64,000 nt of DNA from an uncultured Acidobacteriota bacterium (GCA_963720545.1 OY970399.1:832001-896000); one strand, 5' to 3'. Positions 1-10,507 are shown, counted from the stretch's first letter. Notes: generated by a model from the sequence alone, not told the origin. Numbers and translations are program-made.

Positions 1-757
1 AGCGGCTGCATGATCAACACGTCCGGCCAGCCGTCGTTGTTGTAGTCGGCCCATGCGCCGACACGGTTGCCCGGGGCGCGGTAGCGATCCTGGTAGGTTG
101 GCTTTCCGGGGCGTGAAACTCCCGCGCGCGGCGCCACATCGACGAACGTCGAATTGTCCTCTTGCTGAAAGAGGACGTTTCCCTGATCCGGGATGGTGCG
201 CCGCCAACTCAGGGAGAAGAGATCCAGCCGGCCGTCCATGTTGAAGTCGAAACTGTAGACGCCACGGCCGCGATGGCCAACAGCACGAACCCCGGAACTC
301 TCCGCGGTGTTGACGAAATGACTATTGCCGTCGTTGATCCATAGCTCGTGGTAGTTTTTCTGCGACTTGGGCGTTCTCTTGGCACTGCCCTTGGTTATGT
401 AAAGGTCCAGGTCGCCATCGTTGTCGAAATCGGCCCAGACAACGCCGTGACAATCGCCGTTGGTCGGATCCAGGCCGGCCGCTTCGGTGACATCCGTGAA
501 ACTTCCTTGCCCCAGATCGTTGTTCCACAATTGGGAAATCGAATTCGTTTTCGCCTGAACGTGGCCGATCGTCAGCAGGTCGAGATCGCCGTCATTGTCG
601 TAGTCGCCCCAGGCTCCCGCCCAACTGCCCATGTAGCGTTGCGCCGCGAGGCCGGAAGGCAAGGAAACATCGGTAAATGTCTGCGCCGCTGCTGGAGCAG
701 TGGTAGCCAGGACGAAGGCGAGTACGGCAACGCTTCTAGCTCAACATGGTCCATCAT
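1..757 (-). CDS. FG-GAP/VCBS-repeat (CRTAC1-like) secreted protein; runs off the left edge; probable frameshift near the start
   Basis: Hand translation of a frame missing from the ORF track gives signal-like ARSVAVLAFVLATTAPAAAQ, then repeats AWGDYDNDGDLDLL, WADFDNDGDLDLY, FDFNMDGRLDLF, WADYNNDGWPDV. ATG at 757 is out of frame by one base near 741-745. Confidence 0.8.
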
Positions 758-808
758 GCGCCGGCGAAATAGGCCCTTCAAGGACTAATTCCTCTGGCGG
801 CCACCCCG

Positions 809-2035
809 TCAGCGTTCGAAGACGTACACCTTCCCCTGGTTTGCGTTGGTGCCCACACGGCGCTGGGATCGCCGGCAACAACGAGGTCCTTGTTGGCCGC
901 TAGCGCCTGCAAATCGGTCGCACCCGTTGGGTTCAGCCTTCGCGAGGGCAATGTGGGTCCCGACCAGCCCGCCGCTGGTCGATGAAATGCAAGGATGAAC
1001 GGCACCCCGCCCGTAGGCGTCGCTTCGAAGCTCACGCCCAGGAACGTCTCCTTCGATCGCACTTGGAGGGCGCCTTGAGCCAGCCTCGCGACAGCAACGG
1101 GGCCAGTGTCTACCCAACCTCCAGGAGGACGAACGAATACCTCGGCCCCGGAATCCACGACCGTCTGCGCGACGATGGTGTCCCCCTTGAACGCCAGCTC
1201 GAAGCCCCGTCCGGGTTGCTGTTGACGAGGCGCGCGGTCGGTTGAACGTCGCCCCGCCAGCCTGACTTCGGGCGCTCGTAGACGTAAAGGAAGGTCGGAT
1301 TGAATCCAAGGGCAACCACCGTGTGGCCGTCGAAGGCGATATTGCGCGGAAAGAACTGGTGGGCAGGATCGATGCCTGCGTACGAGAGACGAGCCTTTTC
1401 ACGCAACGACCCAACCCAGCCGGCGGCCGGTTTCTTGAAACGTAGATCTTGCCGGCACTCGCGTCCGCCAGGACGATCGTGTCGCCAACGATGCCGACCA
1501 CCGGCGGAATTGCGTTTCCACCGTGATTCCCGCGGCGATAGTCCGATGGTGTCAGCGTTGCCGACGGCTCCACGAAACCGGACCATCCGCTCGGCGGTTT
1601 CACGAAAACGAACGCCTGCGAAACCCAGCAGCGGTTATCCCACAGGAAGGCACCGCCGACGACGATGATGTCGCCGCTGATTGCCACCTTACTGCCAAAG
1701 CCGCTGCTGGAACCGAACGGACTCGCGGACATCCAGGCACTCTCGGCGGGGCTCTCGCTCCATCCGTCGTCGGGACGAACGAAGACGTACGCTTTCCCGT
1801 TCCTTGTCAGTGCGCCCGGCGCGCCGACCACGATGACGTCTCCGTCGGTCGCGACGCTTCTACCGAAATCGTCGTTCGCTGCGCCGTCGGATGCGACCAG
1901 GGTTCCTGTCTCGGAAATCGGGACAGCTGCGAGGGCTACATCCGAGGCACGAAGGGCGGGACCGTAAATTCCGCTGGCGGTGGTGAACAGCAAGGCGACA
2001 ACCCCGCCTAGAGCGGGCACGCGGGAAGGAGTCAT
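809..2035 (-). pseudogene. FG-GAP/integrin-alpha beta-propeller repeat protein with three apparent -1 frameshifts (decay or sequencing error)
   Basis: Signal peptide, then DDFGRSVATDGDVIVVGAP and GFGSKVAISGDIIVVG repeats. The repeat pattern (YVF.KP..GW) changes frame near 1438, 1205 and 855. Confidence 0.75.
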
Positions 2036-2098
2036 AGACCCCCCTTTGCGACTGAGTGTTACGCCTCGGCATCACCCAGTTCAAGCCGAAACTGCAAT

Positions 2099-2124
2099 GA
2101 GTGGCGGAAGCGGGTGGGAATCGA
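2099..2124. repeat. Third, shorter copy (26 bp) of the tRNA-Sec 3' end; att-like remnant
   Basis: gagtggcggaagcgggtgggaatcga is identical to 30135-30160 and 2193-2218. Confidence 0.85.
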
Positions 2125-2176
2125 TTACGTCGGCGAGGAGCGCAGCGACTCGCGCGGAACTGATGACCAGCCGCTC

Positions 2177-2223
2177 CGCCACGAGCGTATGCGAGTGGCG
2201 GAAGCGGGTGGGAATCGAACCCA
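2177..2223. repeat. Distal att site: 47-bp direct repeat of the selC 3' end plus trailer
   Basis: cgccacgagcgtatgcgagtggcggaagcgggtgggaatcgaaccca is identical to 30119-30165. Confidence 0.95.
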
Positions 2224-2381
2224 ACCAAGGGCGCCGGTCCGTGCGACTCGGTACAACAGAATCAACGCTTTAAGTTAGTAGGGCCGCGGTGTAATTGCTC
2301 GGTTTTGCACCGAGTTGCTCCGCGTTCGCGCACAAAACGCGCACAGGCAACAGTTGCCGTAGTGGGCCCTTGCCTCGACGC

Positions 2382-2425
2382 TTGACATGAAGCCAATGCA
2401 TCTAATATTCGAATATTCTAATATT
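2382..2425 (+). promoter_or_regulatory. Sigma70 -35 (TTGACA) and AT-rich palindromic ArsR/SmtB-type operator
   Basis: TTGACA at 2382-2387; perfect palindrome AATATTCGAATATT at 2404-2417; tctaatatt repeated at 2401 and 2417; directly upstream of arsR. Confidence 0.6.
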
Positions 2426-2431
2426 ACAGGT

Positions 2432-2773
2432 ATGCAGGACCAACTAAGGCGGTTTAAGGCCGACATTTTCAGTGCCCTCGCGCACCCGACGCGCATCGCG
2501 ATTCTTGAGACTCTCCGCGACGGAGAGATCTCTGCAGGGGCGCTCAACGAGAAGCTCGGGATGGAGCAGGCCAACGTTTCGCAGCACCTTTCCGTCCTGC
2601 GGACCAAGCTGCTTGTCGCGAATCGGCGAGCTGGAAGCCAAGTCTTTTACTCGGTGCGCGACCCGATCATCATCAAGGTCTTGAACCTCATGCGGACTTA
2701 TTTTCACGCTCATCTCAAGGAGGCTCTCGCGATGCTTGGCGAGATGGAGAAACCTCGCGCGAGGGCGCGGTGA
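2432..2773 (+). CDS. ArsR/SmtB-family transcriptional regulator
   Basis: IFSALAHPTRIAIL...QANVSQHLSVLR winged HTH; start moved to ATG 2432. Confidence 0.9.
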   Translation: MQDQLRRFKADIFSALAHPTRIAILETLRDGEISAGALNEKLGMEQANVSQHLSVLRTKLLVANRRAGSQVFYSVRDPIIIKVLNLMRTYFHAHLKEALAMLGEMEKPRARAR

Positions 2774-4479
2774 TTGTCACGCAGCAATGGCTGCCACGAT
2801 CGGTCGAGTGCCTACGCGGTTACACAGCGAGACAATTCACACACGATCTCGTCGCGGGGTTGACGGTCGGACTGGTTGCGCTGCCTTTGGCGATGGCTTT
2901 CGCGATCGCGTCGGGAGTGCCGCCGGAAGCTGGCCTGTACACAGCCGTGGTGGCTGGGTTTCTGATTTCGGCCCTCGGCGGGTCGCGGACGCAGATCGGC
3001 GGACCGACCGGTGCCTTCGTCGTCATCGTCGCCGGCATTGTCGCGAAATTCGGCGTACCGGGCCTTGCCCTTGTCGGCATCATGGCGGGCGTTCTGTTGT
3101 TGGTAATGGGTTTCACCGGCTTGGGCGCAGCTGTGAAGTTTATCCCTCGCCCGGTCACCATCGGCTTCACGAATGGCATTGCTCTGCTCATCGCATCTAC
3201 GCAGATGAAAGACTTCTTTGGACTCACAACACCTGCGGTCCCAAGCGAGTTCCTGCCGCGCATCTCGATGCTTGTCCGTTACGCCGACACCGTCCGCTGG
3301 CAGACAGTCACGATCGCAGCGACCTCACTGGCCATCATTCTTTTTTGGCCGCGCTTAACGAAACGCATTCCGGGCTCCATCGTCGCGCTGGTAGTGGGAA
3401 CAGCTGCCATTGCCGCCTTCCCCTCGGGGGTAGAAACGATCGGAACCAAGTTCGGGGGAATCCCGCAGGGGTTTCCGCGCTTTGCCGTCCCGCAATTCCA
3501 TCTCGCCGACATTCCTGCACTGCTTCCCTCGGCCTTCACGGTCGCCCTCCTTGCGGCCGTCGAAAGCCTGCTCTCAGCCGTTGTTGCCGATGGCATGAGC
3601 TGCGACCACCATAAATCTAATGTGGAGCTCGTTGCGCAAGGTGTGGCAAATGTCGTTTCGCCAATGTTCGGCGGGATTCCCGCGACAGGCGCCATTGCCC
3701 GCACCGCGACGAACATCCGGGCAGGTGCGCTGACTCCGATTGCCGGAATGGTTCATGCACTGACCCTGCTGATTATTCTTCTTTTCGCGGCCCCCCTCGC
3801 CCGCTTGGTGCCTCTAGCAACGTTGGCGGCGGTGTTGTTCGTGGTTGCTTACAACATGGGCGAGTGGCGAGAGATTGGCACGATTGTTCGCTTATCGAAA
3901 ACCGATGTGTCCGTGTGGATCACGACGTTTGCTCTTACCGTCTTCGCCGATCTCACAGTTGCGGTCGGCGTCGGGATGGCCCTCGCCGCGCTCCTCTACA
4001 TCCGCCGTATTTCCGAGACGACGACAGTGGCGGCTGTCACTCCGGAATACCTTCGGGACGGCCAGGCCCACATCCTCCAAGATAAGGACATCCCTTCGAA
4101 TGTCACCATTCTCCGTATCCATGGTCCGTTTCTGTTTGGCACTACCGACAAATTGGTAGAGGCCACCCAGCATCTCAACCGATTTGGAGACGTCGTGATC
4201 CTTCGCCTTCGAAACATGACCGCTCTCGACGCCACAGGTCTTCATGCCCTCGAACAGTTCGCCGAGCGCCTACGCAAGACCGGGAGGAGTTTGTTGGTAT
4301 GTGGCGCGAGGGATCAGCCGTCCAGGCTTATCTCCCAGTCCGACTTCACGCAGCATGTCGGAGCCGAGAACGTTCTGCCGCACGTTCGCGCTGCGTTGGC
4401 GCGCGCGGGGGAAATTCAACAAGGCTTTGCCGGGCTCGGCCGTGAGCTGGCCCGTGAGATGGAACGTCGGCCACTCTGA
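2770..4479 (+). CDS. SulP/SLC26 anion permease with STAS domain
   Basis: DLVAGLTVGLVALPLAMAFAIASG, QIGGPTGAF, TGAIARTATNI, C-terminal STAS (LDATGLHAL); GTGA overlap with arsR. Confidence 0.95.
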   Translation: MIVTQQWLPRSVECLRGYTARQFTHDLVAGLTVGLVALPLAMAFAIASGVPPEAGLYTAVVAGFLISALGGSRTQIGGPTGAFVVIVAGIVAKFGVPGLALVGIMAGVLLLVMGFTGLGAAVKFIPRPVTIGFTNGIALLIASTQMKDFFGLTTPAVPSEFLPRISMLVRYADTVRWQTVTIAATSLAIILFWPRLTKRIPGSIVALVVGTAAIAAFPSGVETIGTKFGGIPQGFPRFAVPQFHLADIPALLPSAFTVALLAAVESLLSAVVADGMSCDHHKSNVELVAQGVANVVSPMFGGIPATGAIARTATNIRAGALTPIAGMVHALTLLIILLFAAPLARLVPLATLAAVLFVVAYNMGEWREIGTIVRLSKTDVSVWITTFALTVFADLTVAVGVGMALAALLYIRRISETTTVAAVTPEYLRDGQAHILQDKDIPSNVTILRIHGPFLFGTTDKLVEATQHLNRFGDVVILRLRNMTALDATGLHALEQFAERLRKTGRSLLVCGARDQPSRLISQSDFTQHVGAENVLPHVRAALARAGEIQQGFAGLGRELAREMERRPL

Positions 4480-4560
4480 TCGCGCCCAGGGGATCCGACC
4501 AGAAAGCCCAATGTTGCTGCGTCCCATTTCCGAAGCCAGTCCAGTTGGGCCCGTGCGCGG

Positions 4561-4661
4561 CGCAGATACTGCGACCCACGGGAAACCGAGCGCATGAATT
4601 GCGTCGCGACGACTGCCATCTCGATAGCATTCGACGTTCCACGCCGGGCATGACATTTGCT
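4561..4661 (+). promoter_or_regulatory. Sigma54 promoter with paired upstream activator sites
   Basis: CGCAgatacTGCG 4561-4573, CGCAtgaatTGCG 4591-4603, GGGCAT-N5-TTGC 4646-4660. Confidence 0.75.
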
Positions 4662-4684
4662 CTGCAATGAACGGAGGTCGGCAA

Positions 4685-5659
4685 ATGAATCTGCTGCATG
4701 CTGGGATCCGGCGAATACTTCTCCCGACTGATTTTTCACACGAGTCCGTGGCCGCGCTACCGCACGCAATCGCGTTCGCACGCATCTTCGACGCCGACCT
4801 CGCTTTGATGCACGTCGTGCCCACGGTGACAGGCGCCTTGGAAAAGGCCATGCTGCCTTATCAGCTTCTGCCAGACTTGGAGGCGGATGCCCTTCGCGAA
4901 GCGGAGAGCGATCTACGAGCATTCGCCCGCCCTGCGCAGGACGCCGGCCTGCGCCCGACGCGCGTCGTGAGGAGTGGCGTTGCGTCGCAAGAGATCCTCG
5001 CCGAGGCAGTTGCCATGGCGGCCGATTTGATCATCATCGGAACCCGGGGGTTGGGCGGCATAGAGCGGTTCGTCCTCGGCTCGGTCGCGGACCAGCTGCT
5101 GCGCCATTCTCTCTGCCCAGTCCTGACCGTTTGCCACGAAGAAGGGCGCACGTGGTCGGCTCCTGGACTCATCGAAAGCATCCTGTGCGCGGTCGATTTC
5201 ACGCCGACGGCACACGCTGCCATCGATCTGGCGCTTCGCCTGGCAGGGGCCAAAAACGCACGGGTAACGGTGCTGCATGTCGCCGAGCAAGACCAACCGG
5301 ACGTCTCTCAGCCGCAAGCCGGGGTTCCCGAGCGCGAGCCTGTCGAGGTTGCTTCCGAGTCGCCGGCCAACGCGTGGCTTCGATTCGTGGTTCCCGCCGA
5401 CAGCTCAATCCGGGTTCAGACAAGGGTGACAGCCGGCGTCGCTCACGAGGAGATCCTCAGGGTGGCGCTTGATGAGCAGGCCGATGTAATCATCATGGGC
5501 ACGCGCGCCCGGGGCCCAGTCGGGCGGGCGATATTCGGCGCCACGTGTGATCACGTCGTGCGCGGAGCTACGTGCCCGGTGCTCACCATTCCGCCACCGC
5601 CAGGCCACGTTGAACGAGATTCGCGTCCGAGTACCGTCGCGCTTGCGTCGCGAACCTGA
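4685..5659 (+). CDS. Tandem-domain universal stress protein
   Basis: ILLPTDFS, DLIIIGTRG...GSVADQLLR, second USP domain; GGAGG RBS before ATG 4685. Confidence 0.93.
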   Translation: MNLLHAGIRRILLPTDFSHESVAALPHAIAFARIFDADLALMHVVPTVTGALEKAMLPYQLLPDLEADALREAESDLRAFARPAQDAGLRPTRVVRSGVASQEILAEAVAMAADLIIIGTRGLGGIERFVLGSVADQLLRHSLCPVLTVCHEEGRTWSAPGLIESILCAVDFTPTAHAAIDLALRLAGAKNARVTVLHVAEQDQPDVSQPQAGVPEREPVEVASESPANAWLRFVVPADSSIRVQTRVTAGVAHEEILRVALDEQADVIIMGTRARGPVGRAIFGATCDHVVRGATCPVLTIPPPPGHVERDSRPSTVALASRT

Positions 5660-5726
5660 AAACAAGGACAACCAAGATGTCAGCAACGATATGTGCGTAC
5701 GCGCCGATGGCGGCGAGCCCGTTACG

Positions 5727-6608
5727 ATGACGCAACCCCTCGTCGCCTTGCGCAGTATCTTCGTCCCCGTGGATTTCAGTCCGGCATCTGAGGCGGCTAT
5801 TGCTCATGCGAGCCTGGTCGGCAGTGCCTTCGATTCACAACTCACGCTGTTTCACGCCGCCGGGGTCGGGGCCAACGATCTCCTTAGATGGGTCGACGAC
5901 GAACCTGCCGTGGGCGCGCGGATGCGCGCGGCGGCGCGAGCCGAACTGGAGCGTTGTGCGGCTATGCTGGCTCGCCCACCGACCTTGATTCTCGAGTCCG
6001 AACAGCCTGTCGTGCCCCCGCTCGTGGACATCGCCGTGATTCGACAAATTGTGCGGCTGAAGCCCGACCTTGTTGTCATGGCCACTCACGGGCGCAGTGA
6101 CCTCGGCACCTACTTCCTAGGCAGCGTTTGCGAGGAGGTGTTGCGAGCGTCCCGTACGCCGGTGCTGGCCGTTCCGGCCAGAGCCCGCCACGCCGCGACC
6201 TACAAGCGGCTGGTGGTTCCCACAGACTTGTCATGGCCCTCGCGCGCCGCCTTTCCGCTGGCTTGCTCCCTCGCGCGAAAGTTCGACGCCGAACTCGTGC
6301 TTCTACACGTCGCGCGGGATTCGTCACGTTCCGAACCGGACCCGCACAATTTATCGGGTGAGGGTGGGATGGAAACCGCCTTGCGGCGTCTCCTGGAGGA
6401 CTACGACGGCGTGCGCGTGACGCCACGGATTGAAAGAGGCGTCGCATGGGATCGCATCGTCGCAGTGGCAAATGAACTGGAGGCCGACGCGATCATCATG
6501 GCAACCCGTGGTGAGGACAGTTTTGGTGACCGGGTCCTAGGCAGCCAGACGGAGCGAGTGATCCGGAGGGCAGGGTGCGGAGTATTTGCTGTACCTGTGC
6601 TCCATTGA
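5727..6608 (+). CDS. Tandem-domain universal stress protein
   Basis: IFVPVDFS, VMATHGRS...LGSVCEEVLR, LGSQTERVIR; start uncertain. Confidence 0.9.
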   Translation: MTQPLVALRSIFVPVDFSPASEAAIAHASLVGSAFDSQLTLFHAAGVGANDLLRWVDDEPAVGARMRAAARAELERCAAMLARPPTLILESEQPVVPPLVDIAVIRQIVRLKPDLVVMATHGRSDLGTYFLGSVCEEVLRASRTPVLAVPARARHAATYKRLVVPTDLSWPSRAAFPLACSLARKFDAELVLLHVARDSSRSEPDPHNLSGEGGMETALRRLLEDYDGVRVTPRIERGVAWDRIVAVANELEADAIIMATRGEDSFGDRVLGSQTERVIRRAGCGVFAVPVLH

Positions 6609-6760
6609 GTCAGGTGACTCCAACGATCGTCTCCAGTGGGATCCAGCCCATGATTGAAGTAACCGAAAAGATCGTTCTCGCCAGGCGCGAGGTCAAGGAG
6701 CGGTTCGTGCGCGCTGCCGGTGCTTGCGTCCCGTGAGAGTGCTGGCCGAAGGGGCTGCCC

Positions 6761-9280
6761 TCAACGCCCGGATCTGGAAGGCAACCATCCAAAGGTCCGA
6801 CGTACGAGCTTCGAACACTCGAGGATGGACACGGTGACCAGGCCCAGTGCGACCGACAGGGCAAAATCCAATGCGGAAAGAGGGCGCGTGCCGAGAAGGC
6901 TTTGGCCAAGGGGGACGTAGTGAAGACCCAGTTGCATAACCCCTGAAACGAGGACCACGCCCAGCAGACGCAGGTTGGTGAATGCACCCACCTCCCAGAA
7001 CAGGCGCGTAGTGCTGCGGGCAGCGAAGACGCGGAACAGCTCCGAGAACACAATCACGGAAAATGCCAGATTCCTGGCCTCATCGAGGCCACGTGATTTG
7101 AGTGCCCAGGCGAAGACGGCGAGCACGACTGCGGCCTCCAGCAGTCCTGTTGCAAGGATAGTCATCCATTGCGACCTACCGAGCATGGCCTCGTCCGGCT
7201 TTCTCGGGGATCGGCTGAGCAGATCGTCCGACGCTGGATCCCCCACCAGGGCCAACGCGGGAAGCCCATCCGTGACCAGGTTGATCCACAAGAGCTGGAG
7301 CGGACGGAGTGGAAAAGGGAGGCCAGCGGCCGAGGCTACTAACATCACGGTCAGTTCGCCGACATTGCCCGACAGCAGATACACCAGCGTCTTCTGGATG
7401 TTGTCGTAGATCCCGCGACCCTCCCGCACAGCGGCCACGATGCTGGCGAAGTTGTCGTCGGTGAGGATCATGTCCGAAGCCTCGCGAGTCACCTCAGTGC
7501 CGCTTCGCCCCATCGCGATGCCGATGTCTGCTTCGCGGAGCGCGGGCGCATCGTTCACGCCATCTCCCGTCATCGCGACCACATCGCCGCGAGCCTTCCA
7601 CGCCCGGACGATGCGCAGCTTGTCCTCCGGAGTTGCCCGTGCGTGGATGACCTCGTTCGGTTGGTCGGCGTGTGTCAGGATGCCCAGCTCCCGACCGATC
7701 GCCGCCGCCGTCACCGGGTGATCGCCGGTGATCATCACCGTCTTGATGCCCGCATTGCGTGCGAGTTCGACGGCAGCGATTGCCTCGGTGCGAGGGGGGT
7801 CGGCGATACCGACGAGTCCCAGGAGAGTGAGGTTTACGTCCCCTGGACCCTCCCCCACGGCAACCGCCAACACGCGGAGACCCCGCCGGGCCATGCTCGC
7901 GTTCGCTTCCACGGCGTTCTGCGTCCCGGTCACGCAGAGGGGTAGGACCACTTCTACGGCTCCTTTTACATAGAGCTTGCCATTGTCACGTCGAATAGCC
8001 ATTCGCTTCGTGGCCGAATCGAATGGCTCGACCGCAATCCGTTTGAGCTCGCTTTCGATGGTTTTGCGATGGATACCGCGCTGCGCGGCTGCCATGAGGA
8101 TAGCAAGCTCGGTAGGATCGCCTGTCCCGGTTCGTTCGTCTGCGCCGAGCTCTGCATCGGAACAGGCAGCGGCAGCGAACAGGATGGCGGCATGATCACC
8201 GCCCCACAGCTCGCGAACCACCATCACACCGGTGGTAAGGGTGCCGGTCTTGTCGGTGCAGATGACCGTAGCGCAGCCGAGAGTTTCCACTGAGGGTAGC
8301 GTCCGGATCAGAACGTGGCGTGAGGCCATGCGCTGGACTCCGACAGCAAGCGCAATCGTTACCACGGCCGCGAGGCCCTCGGGCACAGCAGCTACAGCAA
8401 GGGAAACGGACGACAGAAGGACCTCCATCCGCGGCAGGCCTCTCACAAGACCTACGATCGCCACGAGTACGACGATAGCGAGACACAGGCGGAGGAGGGT
8501 CCTGCCGACGGTCTCCAACCGCCGTTGAAGTGGCGTTGTCTCCTGCTTCACCGTTGCCAAGAGGTGCGCAATCCTGCCCAACTCCGTGCCCATGCCGGTC
8601 CGGATCACTTCGGCGACGCCCGTTCCTGCGTTCACCGAGGTTCCCATGAAGACGCAGTCCGTGCGTTCGGCTAAGTGAGCATCCGCGGCCACTGGAGCGA
8701 CGTGCTTGTGCACCGGTGAACTTTCACCGGTCAGCGGTGCCTCGTTGACTGTCAAGGAATGAGCCGTTCGGAGTCGCGCGTCGGCCGGCACAATATCTCC
8801 CGCTTCCATAAGCAACACGTCACCGACCACAACCTCCGACGCGGGAATTATCTTGGATGCCTCGTCGCGCATCACGCGTGCCCGTGGTGCGGTCATGGAC
8901 CGGAGGGCGTGCACCGCTCGTTCTGCCCGATACTCCTGGAAGAATCCGACGAGCCCGTTCAGCACCACGATGGCGCCGATTGCGACGGCGTCCATCATCT
9001 GTCCCAAGGCTGCCGACACAACACCCGCTCCAAGCAGAAGCCAGAACATGGCGCCCTTGAACTGAGCTGCGAGGATGGCCCATGGGGAGGCTGCTGTTTC
9101 GCGCTGAATCTCGTTATGGCCGTGCTCCGCGAGGCGGCGCTTGGCCTCGTCATTGCTCAGTCCCTTGGGCGGCGCGTTGACTGCGGCGGCGACGGAGTGC
9201 TCGGTCCTCACGAAGCGCCTTCGGTCTTGCTCACCTTCGCACTCGCCGCCGTCGCCACGCATCTCTGCCGAGGCGTGCAT
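6761..9280 (-). CDS. Cation-transporting P-type ATPase (P2A/Ca-type)
   Basis: LTGES, VPEGL, DKTGTLT, MITGD, TGDGVNDAPAL, QLLWINLVTD; true start may be downstream. Confidence 0.95.
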   Translation of the reverse strand: MHASAEMRGDGGECEGEQDRRRFVRTEHSVAAAVNAPPKGLSNDEAKRRLAEHGHNEIQRETAASPWAILAAQFKGAMFWLLLGAGVVSAALGQMMDAVAIGAIVVLNGLVGFFQEYRAERAVHALRSMTAPRARVMRDEASKIIPASEVVVGDVLLMEAGDIVPADARLRTAHSLTVNEAPLTGESSPVHKHVAPVAADAHLAERTDCVFMGTSVNAGTGVAEVIRTGMGTELGRIAHLLATVKQETTPLQRRLETVGRTLLRLCLAIVVLVAIVGLVRGLPRMEVLLSSVSLAVAAVPEGLAAVVTIALAVGVQRMASRHVLIRTLPSVETLGCATVICTDKTGTLTTGVMVVRELWGGDHAAILFAAAACSDAELGADERTGTGDPTELAILMAAAQRGIHRKTIESELKRIAVEPFDSATKRMAIRRDNGKLYVKGAVEVVLPLCVTGTQNAVEANASMARRGLRVLAVAVGEGPGDVNLTLLGLVGIADPPRTEAIAAVELARNAGIKTVMITGDHPVTAAAIGRELGILTHADQPNEVIHARATPEDKLRIVRAWKARGDVVAMTGDGVNDAPALREADIGIAMGRSGTEVTREASDMILTDDNFASIVAAVREGRGIYDNIQKTLVYLLSGNVGELTVMLVASAAGLPFPLRPLQLLWINLVTDGLPALALVGDPASDDLLSRSPRKPDEAMLGRSQWMTILATGLLEAAVVLAVFAWALKSRGLDEARNLAFSVIVFSELFRVFAARSTTRLFWEVGAFTNLRLLGVVLVSGVMQLGLHYVPLGQSLLGTRPLSALDFALSVALGLVTVSILECSKLVRRTFGWLPSRSGR

Positions 9281-9354
9281 CGCTTGCCGTTACCCCGAAC
9301 CCGTTGAAGGCGAGACAAAAAGCTGACCTCGCGCCCCTGCCCGGTGCTCGTGAT

Positions 9355-10398
9355 CTAGGCGTCGTGTTGAAGCAACACTTTGAGCGCCCGCGTATTTGCG
9401 GCATCCGCGAACGTATCGTACGCCTCCATCGCGCGGAACAATGGGAACGTGTGCGTCGCCAGCTTCTCAGGCTGAAGCTTCCCCGCTTGCACTTGCTTCA
9501 GCAGCATCGGGGTGGTAACCGTATCGACGAGGCGAGTCGTAAGGGTGATATTGCGCGCCCAGAGCCTCTCGAGGTGAAGTGTCACGGGCGCTCCATGGAC
9601 GCCGACGTTGGCGATTCGCCCACCAGGAGCAATGATTGTCTGGCAGGTATCGAAGCTGTCGGGCACGCCAACGGCTTCAACGGCAACATCAACTCCAGCG
9701 CGCGCGGTCAGCTCCATGACCTTCTCCGCCGCCTTGCCATCGGAACCGTTCACGAGGCGCGTTGCGCCCATGGCGCGAGCCACCTGCAGTCGATTGTCAT
9801 CCATGTCCACGACAACGATCTCGGCAGGAGCAAAGAATTGCGCGGTTAGGAGTGTCGCGAGGCCGATAGGACCGGCGCCGATGATCGCCATCGTGTCTCC
9901 TGGATGAACCTGCCCGTTCAGGACACCGCATTCAAAACCCGTCGGAAAGATGTCGCTCAGCATCACAAGCGCCTCGTCTCCGATGCCGGCCGGCGCTCGA
10001 TGAAGGCTGGAGTCGGCGTGAGGGATGCGCACGTACTCGGCGTGAGTTCCATCGATCAGGTGGCCGAGGATCCAGCCCCCCGTCCTACAGTGCGAATACA
10101 TCCCCTTCCTGCAGAAGTCACAGGTTGCGCACGATGTAATGCAGGAGATCAGAACGCGATCGCCCTTTCTAAAGTTCGAAACCCCCGGCCCGGTCTCCTC
10201 GACTACTCCGACGCCCTCGTGCCCAAGGATGCGGCCATCGGCAACCGTGGGGACATCGCCTTTCAGGATATGAAGGTCCGTGCCGCAGATCGTCGCCGTC
10301 GTGATCCGCACGATCGCGTCGGTGGCATCCCGCAGTACTGGTTGCGGCTTGTCCTCCCACGATCGATGAGGAGGCCCGTGATATACGAGCGCCTTCAT
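9355..10398 (-). CDS. Zinc-dependent alcohol dehydrogenase family protein
   Basis: ICGTDLH, GHEGVG, CATCDFC...C, GAGPIG. Confidence 0.95.
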   Translation of the reverse strand: MKALVYHGPPHRSWEDKPQPVLRDATDAIVRITTATICGTDLHILKGDVPTVADGRILGHEGVGVVEETGPGVSNFRKGDRVLISCITSCATCDFCRKGMYSHCRTGGWILGHLIDGTHAEYVRIPHADSSLHRAPAGIGDEALVMLSDIFPTGFECGVLNGQVHPGDTMAIIGAGPIGLATLLTAQFFAPAEIVVVDMDDNRLQVARAMGATRLVNGSDGKAAEKVMELTARAGVDVAVEAVGVPDSFDTCQTIIAPGGRIANVGVHGAPVTLHLERLWARNITLTTRLVDTVTTPMLLKQVQAGKLQPEKLATHTFPLFRAMEAYDTFADAANTRALKVLLQHDA

Positions 10399-10507
10399 GA
10401 CTGTCGATGAACCCCGGACAAGTGCGGCGTCTTCTGATTTACGTTTGCCATCCTCGTTGTCACATCGGCCTCCTTAGCATCACCTCGGCAGCATCCCCAC
10501 TCGCATG

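Noticed and set aside
741..743. In-frame TGA before the FG-GAP gene as a possible selenocysteine codon
   Set aside because: It lies in the signal-peptide region with no redox context; a one-base deletion explains it better. No selenoprotein was recognised in the window.
2099..2223. Repeat-spacer-repeat as a mini CRISPR array, or a second tRNA
   Set aside because: The repeats are selC 3' ends lacking D and anticodon arms; only two units; no cas genes
6761..9280. Compact nucleotide-binding domain as a sign of a broken ATPase
   Set aside because: All catalytic motifs are present in an uninterrupted frame
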